A DNA stretch of 64,000 nucleotides, taken from the NCBI GenBank assembly GCA_965205975.1, contig OZ242195.1:3584001-3648000 (forward strand). Direction: 5' to 3'. This stretch comes from Candidatus Latescibacterota bacterium. GTDB lineage: Bacteria; Latescibacterota; UBA2968. The first letter of the stretch is position 1; each line of letters starts with the position of its first letter. Under the pieces are notes generated by a model. That model did no database searches. It worked only from the letters and a program-made list of their open reading frames with translations, and had not been told where the DNA came from. The position numbers were made by a program, and so were the translations under genes. Positions 39,589 to 50,956 of the stretch are shown here, piece by piece.

Positions 39589-39702
39589 AAAAAACGTCTC
39601 CAATCAATCAAACGGAGGAGATAAAATAAATAGCTTCGTGGTCATGCTAATCATAAACCAGATAGGGAAATATTTCAAGAGTAAAAAGGCAGAATCAGCC
39701 CC

Positions 39703-40758
39703 TCACTTCACACCTCTCTCCATCTCCCAATACAATTGTCCACACCCAGCCTCAATATCATCTCCCTTGCTATAGCGAACAGTCGCCGTCAATTTTGCCT
39801 GAGACAAAATATCGACAAATCGATTAATTGCCTTCTGGGGGGGGCGTTCATAGTGCGCATCGTCAATGGGATTCCACGGAATCACATTAATTTTACATGG
39901 AATATCGCGCACGAGGGCAATCAGCCTGTGTGCATCTTCGGCTGTATCATTAAACCCGTGCAACAACACATATTCAAATGTCACCCATCGCCTGACCTGA
40001 TCGTAATAGGCTCGCACTGCGGACAAAAGTTCTGCAATAGGCCACTTGCGATTGATCGGCATAATCTCTGACCGCTGTTCATCTGTCGTCGCATTGAGCG
40101 ACACAGCCAATCCAATTTTGAGTTTTTCTCGCGCCAGCTTTGCAATACCCGGCACATGACCGACCGTTGACAACGTAATGCGACGTATGCCCACAGCCGC
40201 TCCATAATCCAGATTGATCAATCGAATAGCCCGAATCACCTGATCGAAATTTAGCAGGGGTTCTCCCATCCCCATCATCACCACATGCGTCAACTCATCG
40301 CCCTTCGCACGCAAAAACCGCTGTGCGTACAACACCTGCTCAACAATCTCTGCCGCCGTCAAATTGCGAATCAACCCCATGCGCGCGGTCGCACAGAACT
40401 GGCAATCGAGCGGACACCCCACCTGCGACGACACACACAGCGTTCGACGCTTGCCATCCCACATCAAAACACTTTCGATGAGCCGGTTATCGGGCAACTC
40501 AAACAAAAACTTAACCGTATCTGTTGAAGAAGAACTCAATTCACCAACGCGATTTAATTTCAAAAGCGTAAATCGCTCATCAAACCGTGCCCGCACGGTC
40601 TTGGACAAATTCGTCATCGACTCAAAATCCGTGACACCCTTATTATAAAGCCAGTCAATCAACTGCCGGGTTCTGTACCGCTCCAGGCCCATACCGGACA
40701 CATGCTGTGCCAATTCTTCGGGAAACAAACCTTTTAGTTCTATTTTTTTAGTATTCAT
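39703..40758 (-). CDS. rlmN: 23S rRNA/tRNA m2A methyltransferase RlmN (radical SAM)
   Basis: CVSSQVGCPLDCQFC, MGMGEP, SLNA, FEYVL, DIEAGCGQL. Confidence 0.95.
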   Translation of the reverse strand: MNTKKIELKGLFPEELAQHVSGMGLERYRTRQLIDWLYNKGVTDFESMTNLSKTVRARFDERFTLLKLNRVGELSSSSTDTVKFLFELPDNRLIESVLMWDGKRRTLCVSSQVGCPLDCQFCATARMGLIRNLTAAEIVEQVLYAQRFLRAKGDELTHVVMMGMGEPLLNFDQVIRAIRLINLDYGAAVGIRRITLSTVGHVPGIAKLAREKLKIGLAVSLNATTDEQRSEIMPINRKWPIAELLSAVRAYYDQVRRWVTFEYVLLHGFNDTAEDAHRLIALVRDIPCKINVIPWNPIDDAHYERPPQKAINRFVDILSQAKLTATVRYSKGDDIEAGCGQLYWEMERGVK

Positions 40759-40780
40759 TCAATAACCCCAATTTAGCGCA

Positions 40781-40879
40781 GCGGACAACCACAGAGTGTT
40801 ATCCCTACACAAATCAAAACATCATCGTAGGGGACGGTCCCCTGCTTAAGACCTGCAGGGGCAGGCCCCGTGCCGTCCC
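40781..40879. repeat. Pair of GTAG-type REPs, the second carrying a 27-bp insertion
   Basis: gcggacaaccacagagtgttatccctac; gtaggggacggt[cccctgcttaagacctgcaggggcagg]ccccgtgccgtccc. Confidence 0.75.
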
Positions 40880-41086
40880 AGTCTCCAGCCCTCGGTCCCA
40901 GCATCAATTCAATTTACCCAGCCTTGCACATCACGTCAAGGTCACAACACATGTATTACAACATATAGCAGACACAACTTTACGACCCCTATATAATGCG
41001 GTTGACGTATATAGCGAGATGGTTTATTGTTGTGGCGCATATTCAGTCAGCAACAATTGAGAACGTTTACGAGGGTCCCTCCCCAC

Positions 41087-42463
41087 ATGCCAGTTCGCGC
41101 TTATAAAGGTCAGCCCAAATCCCCCAAGTCACGCAAACGATGGGTCTTCTTCTGCTTACTGATATCCGTCAGTGTGCTCTTCGGCCTTGGCAAAGAACCG
41201 GCAAAAGATGAACCCATCGCAAAAATGACTGAAGAAAGCTCCGCAGAACCCGTTTCCGTTGAAGCAGATCTCATTCTCCCACTTACCCCTCCAAAATCCA
41301 AAACTACCAGAATTGTGGGCTATATCGCCAATAAAGAAAACCTCACCGAAGCCCTCACGAGCGAAAATATCTCACGTACCGATGTTCTCGGACTTATCGA
41401 TGTGCTACACAGAGATATTAAACGCGCGTCATTCAATCCCAATATTGTTCGGCGTGGGGACCGCTATGAACTGGTAATCGACAGCCATTCAACCATTCAG
41501 CACCTCAAATACACCAGACAGAACGACCCTGAAACGCAATTTATTGTCGAACGAATAAATGGCCAACTCAAAGCCAGGCAAGAAAACCTGCCATTGAAGC
41601 GAGAGGCCATTATCGTATCTGGCCGCATAAAAGATAACATCTGGAACGCGCTTCGTGAAACCGGTGAAAACCCGGCTCTTCTGTGCGACAAACTCGAATA
41701 TGTATTTGAATATTATATCGACTTTTACAACGACTGCAGAACAAGCGACCAGTTTACGCTCGTCGTTGAAAAACTCTACGGCAAATCCGGTGCCTTTGTC
41801 CGTTATGGCGATATTCTCACAGCCCAATACGAAGGGGATAATGAATCTTTTCAAGCATTTCTCTACACTGACCCCAAAGGAAACAGAAATTACTACGACG
41901 CTAAAGGCCACTCCCTCCAGGCACTTTTCTTACGCAAACCCCTGAACTTTACCCGCATCAGTTCCCCATTTACCAGCCGTAGATTTCATCCCATACTAAA
42001 AAAATACACGCGCCATCACGGCGTGGATTACGCCGCACCTTATGGAACAAAAGTCTGGGCCATTGCCAACGGCAAGGTTGCTTTTGTCGGACGCAAAGGA
42101 CCCCTCGGCAACTATATCGAAATCGAACACAGCAATGGCTATAAAACCGGCTATGGCCATCTGAGGGGATTTGCACGAGGACTGAAAAAAGGACAGCGCG
42201 TCAACCAAAAACAAACCATCGGTTACGTCGGCTCGACCGGACGCTCTACAGGCCCACACCTGCACTTCAACTTTTACGCCACAGTCAATGGCAAATACAA
42301 ACTGATCAACCCAACGCGAAAAATCAATCGTCCCGCAGGCCAACCCATCTCCGAAAAATACATGGCGTATTTTCGCCAGCAGCGCGACCGGTATCTCGCG
42401 CTCTTAGATCGCAAAAACGGTTCAATCGTCACAACCGCATTGCCGATAAGGGTAGCAGAGTAA
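41087..42463 (+). CDS. M23 family peptidoglycan endopeptidase (MepM-like)
   Basis: N-terminal TM; RISSPF..RRFHPI...HHGVDYAAP, YGHL, GYVGSTGRSTGPHLH. Start codon uncertain. Confidence 0.9.
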   Translation: MPVRAYKGQPKSPKSRKRWVFFCLLISVSVLFGLGKEPAKDEPIAKMTEESSAEPVSVEADLILPLTPPKSKTTRIVGYIANKENLTEALTSENISRTDVLGLIDVLHRDIKRASFNPNIVRRGDRYELVIDSHSTIQHLKYTRQNDPETQFIVERINGQLKARQENLPLKREAIIVSGRIKDNIWNALRETGENPALLCDKLEYVFEYYIDFYNDCRTSDQFTLVVEKLYGKSGAFVRYGDILTAQYEGDNESFQAFLYTDPKGNRNYYDAKGHSLQALFLRKPLNFTRISSPFTSRRFHPILKKYTRHHGVDYAAPYGTKVWAIANGKVAFVGRKGPLGNYIEIEHSNGYKTGYGHLRGFARGLKKGQRVNQKQTIGYVGSTGRSTGPHLHFNFYATVNGKYKLINPTRKINRPAGQPISEKYMAYFRQQRDRYLALLDRKNGSIVTTALPIRVAE

Positions 42464-42552
42464 GGCTATCTTTCGTCGAACTTTTGAATAAACGTTAGAT
42501 TCTTGAATTGTGTAACCGTGATTATTCACGGTCTTTTTTTTCGAGTTATCTC

Positions 42553-43704
42553 ATGAAAATCGCCTATTTCGACTGTTTTGCCGGCATCAGCGGCGACATG
42601 ACCCTCGGCGCGCTCGTCGATGCGGGCCTGTCTTTTGCCGCTCTGAAATCCGAACTCGACAAACTCAGTGTACGCGAATTCACCCTCTCTCAGCGTCGCG
42701 TGGAAAAACACGGCATTGCCGGCACAAAAATAGACGTCAACGCTCGGGAAGGCCACGTCCACCGGCACCTGAAAGACGTCCTTGAAATCATCAACAACAG
42801 CGCGATATCGGCCTCTGCAAAAGAAAAAGCCGCGCGCGTCTTTCAAAAACTCGCCGAAGCCGAAGCAAAAATCCACGGCACCACCATTGAAGCGGTCCAC
42901 TTCCACGAAGTAGGCGCAGTAGATGCCATCGTCGATGTCGTCGGCACTATCGTCGGCCTCGAACTCCTCGAAATCGAAGCGATCTACGCCTCCAAATTCC
43001 GATTTGGCTCGGGCCACACGCGGGGCGCACACGGGGCAATGCCCGTCCCTGTTCCCGCAGTCGTAGAAATGACAAAAGGCTTTCCATCGGAACGCACAGA
43101 TATCCCGTATGAACTCGTCACCCCCACCGGTGCGGCCCTCCTCACGGCACTCGCCTCTAATATTGGCGAAACCATTCAGCTACGCACGGAAAGCACGGGT
43201 TATGGCGCTGGCACGCGCGATGTCGAACAGGTACCCAACCTCCTCCGCGTCGAAATCGGCAAACTCGTCGCAGATCCCCAGACTGATACCCCCGTTCTAC
43301 TCGAAACAAATATCGACGACATGACCCCCGAAATTTACGGCTACCTCATCGACCGCCTGCTCGAAGCCGGCGCTCGCGACGCCTTCCTCACCCCCGTCAT
43401 CATGAAAAAAGGCCGCCCAGGCATTCAACTCACCGTTCTGGCCGACCCCAACAAAGAAACCGAACTCACCGAACTCATCTTCTCAGAAACCACCACCCTC
43501 GGCATCCGCCGCCTGCCCGTTCAGCGTCACACCCTCGAACGCCGCACAGACACCGTCCAAACCCCTTATGGACCCATTCGCGTTAAAATTGCCGACATTG
43601 GCGGCAAACAGCGCATCACCCCCGAATACGACGACTGCGCCCGCATTGCACGCGAAAAACAGGTGCCGATACTCGACGTTTACAAAGCTGTAAATTCACG
43701 ATAA
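42553..43704 (+). CDS. larC: Nickel pincer cofactor biosynthesis protein LarC
   Basis: YFDCFAGISGDMTLGAL, VHFHEVGAVDAIVD, ELVTPTGAA, LETNIDD, MKKGRPG, PEYDDC. Confidence 0.93.
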   Translation: MKIAYFDCFAGISGDMTLGALVDAGLSFAALKSELDKLSVREFTLSQRRVEKHGIAGTKIDVNAREGHVHRHLKDVLEIINNSAISASAKEKAARVFQKLAEAEAKIHGTTIEAVHFHEVGAVDAIVDVVGTIVGLELLEIEAIYASKFRFGSGHTRGAHGAMPVPVPAVVEMTKGFPSERTDIPYELVTPTGAALLTALASNIGETIQLRTESTGYGAGTRDVEQVPNLLRVEIGKLVADPQTDTPVLLETNIDDMTPEIYGYLIDRLLEAGARDAFLTPVIMKKGRPGIQLTVLADPNKETELTELIFSETTTLGIRRLPVQRHTLERRTDTVQTPYGPIRVKIADIGGKQRITPEYDDCARIAREKQVPILDVYKAVNSR

Positions 43705-43716
43705 CGCAGGTATAGC

Positions 43717-43780
43717 TACCCTCCCCCCGGTCTCTCCCCAGTACGAGGAAGAGGAGACATACTCTCCCCTTCCTCGTACT
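43717..43780. repeat. Palindromic REP-like element
   Basis: agtacgaggaag...cttcctcgtact stem preceded by ccctccccccggtctctcccc. Confidence 0.65.
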
Positions 43781-44156
43781 ACCGCTCCAGAAGACCCTCA
43801 GGATCAAACAGAATCTCCGCATACGATGCATCCCACAGTTCCGTATCATCCCAATCGCGCGCGCTTTCAGCAGCAAAATCTACATACTTGATATCATAGA
43901 GTTGCCCCGCCAATTTGGTAATTCCAACAGCAATCGGAGGCTTACTCGATTGCCAGTCCTCAAAGGCTTCCGCAGTCAAATAGATGGTTACATCGATCTC
44001 TGAGAAATGATCTGCATAACCCCGTGAAAGGCCACCATTCAAGGTTAAGCCTATGACACCCGGCAACGCTTCAAACTCCGGCAACATCTTTTCCAAATGA
44101 TGTCGAAGCGCAGCGATCTTGTTCTCAGACTCGATTTGCACCTGTGGACGATTCAT
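43779..44156 (-). pseudogene. Probably truncated nucleotidyltransferase-domain protein (DUF4037-associated type)
   Basis: GLTLNGGLSRGYADHFSEIDV (GS...DxD-like); ends at ILFDPEGLLER, with the stop at the edge of a REP. Confidence 0.6.
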
Positions 44157-44352
44157 TCTATTTATAACCTCATTTGGTGACAAAAATATCATATCCAATT
44201 CAGCGCAGTTTGTCAACGCGCTGTTCTCATCAGCAAAGGCTCGTGGGGCACAGTCCTTTCCCGACCGTTATTTGCTTTAAAGTATGGAAATTTTGTCTGA
44301 AAATGTATATATTTATATATAAATATTGACGATTTGTAACATCAGGAAGGCT

Positions 44353-44949
44353 ATGGACAAATCACAGAAACCCAGTGTTCTCGAACTTGTAAAACAGGCG
44401 GGTATGCTCAGGCCGCGGGATCTGGACCAATATGGGATCCCACGTGAATACCTCAGCAGGCTCAGAAACCGGGGCATGCTGCGCCAGGTAGGACGGGGGC
44501 TTTACACCCTCCCTGATGCCGAGTGGACGGCACATCATAGCCTGGCGGAAGCCTGCAAGAGGGTGCCCCAGGGCGTCATCTGTCTGCTTTCTGCGCTACA
44601 GTTCCACGAACTGACCACGCAGCTCCCATTTCAAGTGTGGATGGCAATTCCAAACAAAGCGCGTAAGCCCAAAGTGGATGGGCTACAGATTCGATTTGCT
44701 CGTTTTTCAGGACCTGCCTTTGATGAGGGTATCGAGAGACACACCATTGAGCACATTCAAGTTCGGATCTACAATCCGGCCAAAACTGTGGTGGACTGCT
44801 TTAAATACCGAAACAAAATCGGCCTAGATGTAGCCATCGAAGCCCTACGAGACTGCATTCGAGAGCGGAAAGCGGACGACCTCTGGTACTTCGCACAAAT
44901 TTGTCGGATGACCAACGTGATGCGGCCCTATATGGAGGCAGTAATATGA
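44353..44949 (+). CDS. abiEi: Type IV TA antitoxin, AbiEi family
   Basis: N-terminal wHTH ..VGRGLY; VICLLSALQFHELTTQ; IYNPAKTVVDCFKYRNKIGLD. Confidence 0.88.
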   Translation: MDKSQKPSVLELVKQAGMLRPRDLDQYGIPREYLSRLRNRGMLRQVGRGLYTLPDAEWTAHHSLAEACKRVPQGVICLLSALQFHELTTQLPFQVWMAIPNKARKPKVDGLQIRFARFSGPAFDEGIERHTIEHIQVRIYNPAKTVVDCFKYRNKIGLDVAIEALRDCIRERKADDLWYFAQICRMTNVMRPYMEAVI

Positions 44950-45899
44950 GCACTGGGAGGATAAAGCATCTGCCGGTCTCGGTACGCCAGCACTTGCAAA
45001 ATCTCAGGGACAAAACTGGGGAAGATTACCAGCTTTTGCTTACCACCTATGCCCTGGAGAGACTGCTCTACCGACTTTCGCAGTCGAAATATGCAGATCG
45101 GTTTGTGCTCAAAGGCGGAATGCTTTTCGTTGCCCTTACAGGTAAATCGCATCGGGTCACTCGGGATCTGGACTTGCTGGGTTATGGAGATGCGTCGGCA
45201 GAACATATTGTACAGGTTTTTCGACAAATCTCTACAACATCTGTTGAACCGGATGGGATGATATTTGATCCGGAAGGCATCACGGTTCAGGCGATCCGTG
45301 AGGACCAGGCGTACGAAAGCCAGCGGGTGCGTCTGATGGCCCGGCTTGATACGGCAGTATTCCCAATTACAGTAGATATTGGGTTCGGAGATGTCGTCAC
45401 ACCAGAGGCGAAGCACCTGACCTTTCCAAGTCTGCTGGATTTCCCGGAACCTCTGGTGCTTGCATACCCACCCGAAACAGTTGTATCCGAAAAACTTCAG
45501 GCCCTGGTCTATCTGGGCATGCGAAACAGTCGTATGAAGGACTTCTACGACCTTTATCTGATGGCCAGGACTTTTTCATTTGAAGGGCCGGTGCTCATTG
45601 AGGCCATTCGGGCGACGTTTGCGCAGCGAAAGACATATCTGCCAACAGATCAACCAGTTGCGTTGCGGAAGCAATTCGCTGAAGACTCAGTGAAACAAAC
45701 ACAATGGGAAGGATTTCTGAACCGAAGTGGTCTATCTGATGCTCCTATGAAGCTTTCGACAGTAGTTGAAACCTTGAATACCTTTCTTACACCTTTGCTC
45801 AGTGCGGCCGAAGAAGGCGGGGGATACAATCAGGTATGGCGAGACGGCGGTCCGTGGCGGCTCAGCGAAGTACTTGGAGAAAGCGATAAAATAGGGTGA
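44946..45899 (+). CDS. abiEii: Type IV TA toxin, AbiEii nucleotidyltransferase
   Basis: ERLLYRL, FVLKGG, RVTRDLD, VDIGFGD, SEKLQA, NSRMKDFYD. ATGA overlap with abiEi. Confidence 0.9.
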   Translation: MSTGRIKHLPVSVRQHLQNLRDKTGEDYQLLLTTYALERLLYRLSQSKYADRFVLKGGMLFVALTGKSHRVTRDLDLLGYGDASAEHIVQVFRQISTTSVEPDGMIFDPEGITVQAIREDQAYESQRVRLMARLDTAVFPITVDIGFGDVVTPEAKHLTFPSLLDFPEPLVLAYPPETVVSEKLQALVYLGMRNSRMKDFYDLYLMARTFSFEGPVLIEAIRATFAQRKTYLPTDQPVALRKQFAEDSVKQTQWEGFLNRSGLSDAPMKLSTVVETLNTFLTPLLSAAEEGGGYNQVWRDGGPWRLSEVLGESDKIG

Positions 45900-46011
45900 G
45901 GTAGATTCGAAATAGTTCCATTGTTATTCCACGCAATAGACAGTTGCGAGAACCGAATTCACCTACTATTTTACCAGAGAATTTATGGAACTAAAACAGC
46001 GGAGGAAAATA

Positions 46012-48294
46012 ATGAAACTCTGGTATGACGAACCGGCGGAAAATTGGAATCACGCCTTGCCCGTGGGGGCAGGGAAACTCGGCGCCATGGTATTTGGTGG
46101 GGTGAGTAATGAACGCATACAAATGAACGAAGACTCGCTCTGGGCGGGACCTCCCGTACCCAAATCACCACCGGGCGCGCAACAGGTCGTCGCACGCGCG
46201 CGTCAACTGCTCTTTGAAGGCAAATACACCGAAGCGCAGGACCTCGTACAAGAAGGCGTCCTGGGAGAACGCATAGTACCGCGCAGCTATCAGACATTGG
46301 GCGACTTATTCATCGAGCAAAGCGGCGTCGAACAACACACCGATTACCGCCGCGAGCTCTCACTAAACTCTGCAATCGCCACAACGCGATGGGTCGCAAA
46401 TGGCGTCGCATATCACCGAGAAGTATTTGCCACCGCAATCGACCGGGCAATAATCTGTCGCATCGCATCGGATAAAGCAGGCGCAATATCGTGTCGGATA
46501 TCCTTTCACCGAGAAGAAAACGCACAGTGGTCGGGCATATCTGAAAACACACTCCTCATAACCGGCCGTGCGGGACACGGAGAAACCCATCCCGGCGTAA
46601 AATTCTCTGCAGGAATCAAAGCAATTGCCGAAAACGGGCGCGTACAATGTTCTAACGACGCCCTCATCGTCGAAAATGCAGACACAGTCACAATCGTCGT
46701 CTGCGCCGACACAGACTACAACTTTGACGCCCCCTACACGCCCCTGACACACGACCTGAAAGCCTCCGTAATATCCACAATCGATAGTGTGCGTCCATAC
46801 CCCCGCGTAAAGCGCGAACACGTTCGGGATCACAGCACCTACTTTAACCGATGCGCCTTCTCCCTCGGAGAAGACAAAAATGACAACATCCCCACAGACC
46901 GCCGCCTCGCCGAATTCGAACACACATCGGACCCTGCGCTCGTTGCACTCTACTTCAACTTCGGACGGTACCTGACAATCTGTTGCTCGCGCCCGGGCAG
47001 TTTGTGCGCCAATCTACAGGGCATCTGGAACCAGGAATACGAAGCCCCCTGGAACAGCGACTACCACATCAACATCAATATCCAGATGATCTACTGGCTC
47101 TGTGAACTCGTCGGCCTGCCCGAATGCCATGAACCGTATTTGGAGTTTTCAAACGCCCTGCGCGAAACAGCGCGCGAAACAGCAACAGAAGTCTATGGCT
47201 GTCGCGGAACAGCAGCGCATCACACAACAGATGCGTGGCGATTCACCGACCCATTGGGAAAGGTACAATACGGCATGTGGCCCATGGGCTGTGGATGGAA
47301 CAGCAGGCACTTTATGGAACACTGGGATTTTAACGGATCAGAAACATTTCTGCGAGACCAGGCCTGGCCGGTTGCGCGGGATGCCGCCCTGTTTTACCTC
47401 GACTGGTTGGCAGAAGATCCAAAAACCGGCAAACTCGTATCCGGTCCATCTTCTTCGCCGGAAAATCGCTTCCTCGCGCCGGACACACAGGACGTATGCA
47501 ACCTCGTCATGGGACCGAGCATGGACCAGCAGATCATCTGGGAAACATTTACAAATTGTCTGCGCTGTGCCGAAATCCTATCTCTCGACGACCCCATTAT
47601 CGACGACATAAAAAGCGCATTATCCCGTCTCGCGGAACCGCAAATCGGCTCTGACGGACGCCTGATGGAATGGACGGAAGAATTTGAAGAACCAGAACCG
47701 GGACACCGGCATATTTCACATATCTACGGCGTATATCCCGGTTTCCAACTCGTCAACCACCCCGATTTCTTGGCTGCCACGCGCAAAAGCATAGAACATC
47801 GCCTCGCGCATGGCGGCGGACACACGGGCTGGAGCAGAGCCTGGCTCATCAATGTATGGGCGCGTCTCAAAGACGCGGATTGCGCCTGGGAAGATGTGCG
47901 GCAACTGCTCATACGCTCGACACTACCCAACCTATTCGACAACCATCCCCCGTTTCAGATGGACGGCAACATGGGCGGTGCCGCGGGCATTGCGGAAATG
48001 ATATTGCAAAGCCATCACAACGCCGTCGAATTCTTTCCCGCACTGCCAGACGCATGGGCAGAAGGCAACGCAGAAGGACTGCGGGCAAGGGGTGGATTTA
48101 TTGTAGATTTACAATGGAAAAACGGGGAAAAATCCGCGCACATAACTTCCCTATTGGGCAATCCCATTCGCCTGCTATACAATGGATCTATGCGCGCTGT
48201 CAATGACGACCGGACGGTCATCGCAGAGGACCAGGGGGAAATTGCGTTCCAAACAGAAAAAGGAAAAAGCTACAATATTGCGCTCGGGGTATAA
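46012..48294 (+). CDS. Glycoside hydrolase family 95 (alpha-L-fucosidase)
   Basis: [71 protein letters not shown]. Confidence 0.93.
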   Translation: MKLWYDEPAENWNHALPVGAGKLGAMVFGGVSNERIQMNEDSLWAGPPVPKSPPGAQQVVARARQLLFEGKYTEAQDLVQEGVLGERIVPRSYQTLGDLFIEQSGVEQHTDYRRELSLNSAIATTRWVANGVAYHREVFATAIDRAIICRIASDKAGAISCRISFHREENAQWSGISENTLLITGRAGHGETHPGVKFSAGIKAIAENGRVQCSNDALIVENADTVTIVVCADTDYNFDAPYTPLTHDLKASVISTIDSVRPYPRVKREHVRDHSTYFNRCAFSLGEDKNDNIPTDRRLAEFEHTSDPALVALYFNFGRYLTICCSRPGSLCANLQGIWNQEYEAPWNSDYHININIQMIYWLCELVGLPECHEPYLEFSNALRETARETATEVYGCRGTAAHHTTDAWRFTDPLGKVQYGMWPMGCGWNSRHFMEHWDFNGSETFLRDQAWPVARDAALFYLDWLAEDPKTGKLVSGPSSSPENRFLAPDTQDVCNLVMGPSMDQQIIWETFTNCLRCAEILSLDDPIIDDIKSALSRLAEPQIGSDGRLMEWTEEFEEPEPGHRHISHIYGVYPGFQLVNHPDFLAATRKSIEHRLAHGGGHTGWSRAWLINVWARLKDADCAWEDVRQLLIRSTLPNLFDNHPPFQMDGNMGGAAGIAEMILQSHHNAVEFFPALPDAWAEGNAEGLRARGGFIVDLQWKNGEKSAHITSLLGNPIRLLYNGSMRAVNDDRTVIAEDQGEIAFQTEKGKSYNIALGV

Positions 48295-48308
48295 GTTATT
48301 CAAGCGCA

Positions 48309-48380
48309 CTGGATCGCGGCTCAAGCATGCCCTTGCATGATTTAAGCAGGGGACCATGCCGCGATGACGGCTTTGTTGAT
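48309..48380. repeat. CTGGATCGCGG REP with nested 27-bp element
   Basis: ctggatcgcggctcaag[catgcccttgcatgatttaagcagggg]accatgccgcgatgacggctttgttgat. Confidence 0.8.
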
Positions 48381-48393
48381 GAAATTGTTGGCA

Positions 48394-49161
48394 TCATCTC
48401 CCAATAATCAACCCATCGGGATCGACCTCATCGCGCAAAATGCACAACTCCGCTTCCGTGGGCGGCACAGTCTCTTCAAGAGAATCTACCCGACCCAATT
48501 CAAACCCGGTATTTATCTTCACCTCATCAAACGTCACGCCGGGGTGCAAACTCTCGACCTGCATCCGACATGTATCTTCATCAAAACTCATCACACCCAG
48601 ATCCGTAATCACGCGATAGGGTCCCCCACCTATGGGCAACCCCGCAGCCTCGCGCGCGCCCGACCCGGTCAGAAAACCCGGCGTCGTCAAAAAATCGATC
48701 TCTTCCACAAAACGACGGCGATCGTGCTGTGTAATAATCAGCGTGCGCCAGCAAAAACTCGCAAAATCATTGGCACCTCCGCTACCCGGAAAACGCACGC
48801 GCGGCTTTTTGTAATCGCCAATAACCGTAGAATTTAAATTCCCATACGCATCGATCTGAGCACCGCCCAAAAACGCGTAATCCATCACACCCCGCTGACA
48901 CGTCTCCATAATATCACACATACTCGTCGCCATAAGCGCCCGGTGTGTCGTGCGCGAATCGCCCACAGAAATAGGCATCGCGGGCAACATCGGCGCCAAG
49001 CCACCCGCCTCAAAAGCCACCAAAAGCCCCGGCGCATGCGTCTTTTGTGCCAGCATCGCCGCAGCACACGGCGCCCCTGTACCCACCCCAACAGTCGCCC
49101 CATCCTCCAGCAACCGGGACGCCACACAAATCGCCATTTCAACTTCATTATAATCAGACAT
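48394..49161 (-). CDS. Family I CoA-transferase beta subunit (glutaconate/3-oxoadipate type)
   Basis: VGVGTG, catalytic E in AFEAG, FLGGAQIDAYGNLN, PGSGGAND, VITDLG. Confidence 0.9.
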   Translation of the reverse strand: MSDYNEVEMAICVASRLLEDGATVGVGTGAPCAAAMLAQKTHAPGLLVAFEAGGLAPMLPAMPISVGDSRTTHRALMATSMCDIMETCQRGVMDYAFLGGAQIDAYGNLNSTVIGDYKKPRVRFPGSGGANDFASFCWRTLIITQHDRRRFVEEIDFLTTPGFLTGSGAREAAGLPIGGGPYRVITDLGVMSFDEDTCRMQVESLHPGVTFDEVKINTGFELGRVDSLEETVPPTEAELCILRDEVDPDGLIIGR

Positions 49162-50161
49162 AACCTGTACCCTTACCTTCCAACCGCCGCAACTCCGCCA
49201 GCCGCTCTTCCCCACCGCAAATCTCCAGATAGTCCTCAAAACAATCGACACCGTACAAATACTTATCCAGAAACGCGCGATATGCCTCTGCATCTTGCTC
49301 TGCGTCCAACCACGCTTTGAGATGTACCTCATCCGAGAAATACTCCCCAGCCATATTGCCGGGATACGATCCATAAGGCACATGACACACCGCATCAACA
49401 CAAAAAGCCGGAATCGCGGTCGCATTGGGATCGCTGCGAATCTCATCTGTACTTATAATCCGCTCCGCACTCACAATCACACGTTTAGATGCACGCGACA
49501 AATCCCAATCCGCCACCGTAATACCCCGAATGCGACAATTCCCGAACAAATCACTCTCATGAACATGAATAAGCGCCACATCGGGATACAGAGCGGGCAC
49601 AGCCGTCAGCGATTTACCCGTAAAAGGACATTCGATCTCCTTAGCTGCACTCTCCCGAAACGTATCGGTCCCCAACATACTGCGAATCGGCATAAAAGGC
49701 ACACCTGTCGCCGCCGCCCGAAACCGACATGCCAGCGCGTAATTTGTCCACTCACACACCTCAACCTCTCCGCTCTCCATCAACCGCCGCGCCTGTGCCG
49801 ACAACCCGCGCGCTTCCAACCCCAAAATATATGCCGCATCCAAACGCGAAAAAATCTGCTTCCCCGTGCGCGTACCCGCTGCCAAAATCTGAAAATCATG
49901 CGTCGTCGTATGACCGGCAAACCCCAGATTTGTTCTCTCCTGCCGCACAACCTCGTGCAAAAGAGCCGTCGCAATCCTGTTCCCACCAAACCCGCCAGAA
50001 GCCAAATAATCCCCATCGTGCACAAACCGCGCAATCGCATCGGACACAGACATCAGCTTATCTGTCAACGCGCCCTTCTTCTCTCGAAAAAACGCCCGTG
50101 CAACATCTGGATCGGGATCTGTAAACAGCGGTCCCCGGCCTGTATTTTCAGAATTTGTCAT
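49154..50161 (-). CDS. Family I CoA-transferase alpha subunit
   Basis: KLMSVSDAI..FVHDGD, RFRAAATGVPFMP, CPFTG, PDVALIHVH..D.FGN, VIVSAERII. Confidence 0.9.
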   Translation of the reverse strand: MTNSENTGRGPLFTDPDPDVARAFFREKKGALTDKLMSVSDAIARFVHDGDYLASGGFGGNRIATALLHEVVRQERTNLGFAGHTTTHDFQILAAGTRTGKQIFSRLDAAYILGLEARGLSAQARRLMESGEVEVCEWTNYALACRFRAAATGVPFMPIRSMLGTDTFRESAAKEIECPFTGKSLTAVPALYPDVALIHVHESDLFGNCRIRGITVADWDLSRASKRVIVSAERIISTDEIRSDPNATAIPAFCVDAVCHVPYGSYPGNMAGEYFSDEVHLKAWLDAEQDAEAYRAFLDKYLYGVDCFEDYLEICGGEERLAELRRLEGKGTGYV

Positions 50162-50171
50162 TATTCCCACC

Positions 50172-50942
50172 TCACAGTGCTGTCCAACCGCCATCCACCA
50201 GCAGCGTATGCCCCGTAATAAGATCCGCAGCCGGACTGGCCAAAAACACCACCGCACCCACCACATCTTCGGGCTTTCCCACGCGCCCAAGAGGAATGCG
50301 AGAAAGCAAATCCTCGCGCAACGCCTCATCGTCAAAGGTCGCTTGTGTCAACGGCGTCAAAATAAACGTCGGACCCACGGCATTCACCGTAATCTGATAA
50401 GGTGCCCACTCCACAGCCAACACCCGCGTCAGATTCACCACACCGGCCTTACTCGAACAATAAGCCGCGCGCTTGTAATAACCCACCACCCCATTTTGCG
50501 ACGCAATATTCACAATTTTGCCACCACCCGTCTCAATCATCGACCGCGCCACGCGCTGCGACATAAAAAACAACCCCTTCAAATTCACATCCAGCACCCC
50601 ATCCCAATCCGCCTCTGTCACCTCGAGCGCGTCCCTGGGAATATTCACACCCGCATTATTCACCAGAATATCAACCCGGCCATAAGTATCGACAACCCGG
50701 CTCACCGCCGCATCAATACTCTCCTGACCCGGCAATTCCAACGCCAATGGCAACGCCCGCTGCTCCAAATCTTCAACCGCTTCGCACACCTCATCCAGCG
50801 CATCAACCTTCTGTGGCACCTCACACACCGCCACATCCGCACCCACCTCAGCCACCGCCAGCGCAATCGCCCGCCCAATACCCGAACCCGCGCCCGTCAC
50901 CAGCACCACCTTATCGTCCAATCGCATACTGGGCAAAACCAT
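50172..50942 (-). CDS. Short-chain dehydrogenase/reductase
   Basis: TGAGSGIG, VNNAG, NIAS, YCSSK, DGGW. Confidence 0.92.
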   Translation of the reverse strand: MVLPSMRLDDKVVLVTGAGSGIGRAIALAVAEVGADVAVCEVPQKVDALDEVCEAVEDLEQRALPLALELPGQESIDAAVSRVVDTYGRVDILVNNAGVNIPRDALEVTEADWDGVLDVNLKGLFFMSQRVARSMIETGGGKIVNIASQNGVVGYYKRAAYCSSKAGVVNLTRVLAVEWAPYQITVNAVGPTFILTPLTQATFDDEALREDLLSRIPLGRVGKPEDVVGAVVFLASPAADLITGHTLLVDGGWTAL

Positions 50943-50956
50943 TACGCCCGCTCCTT

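Noticed and set aside
42553..43704. larC without larA/B/E as a novel system
   Set aside because: lar genes are often dispersed, so absence from this window is uninformative.
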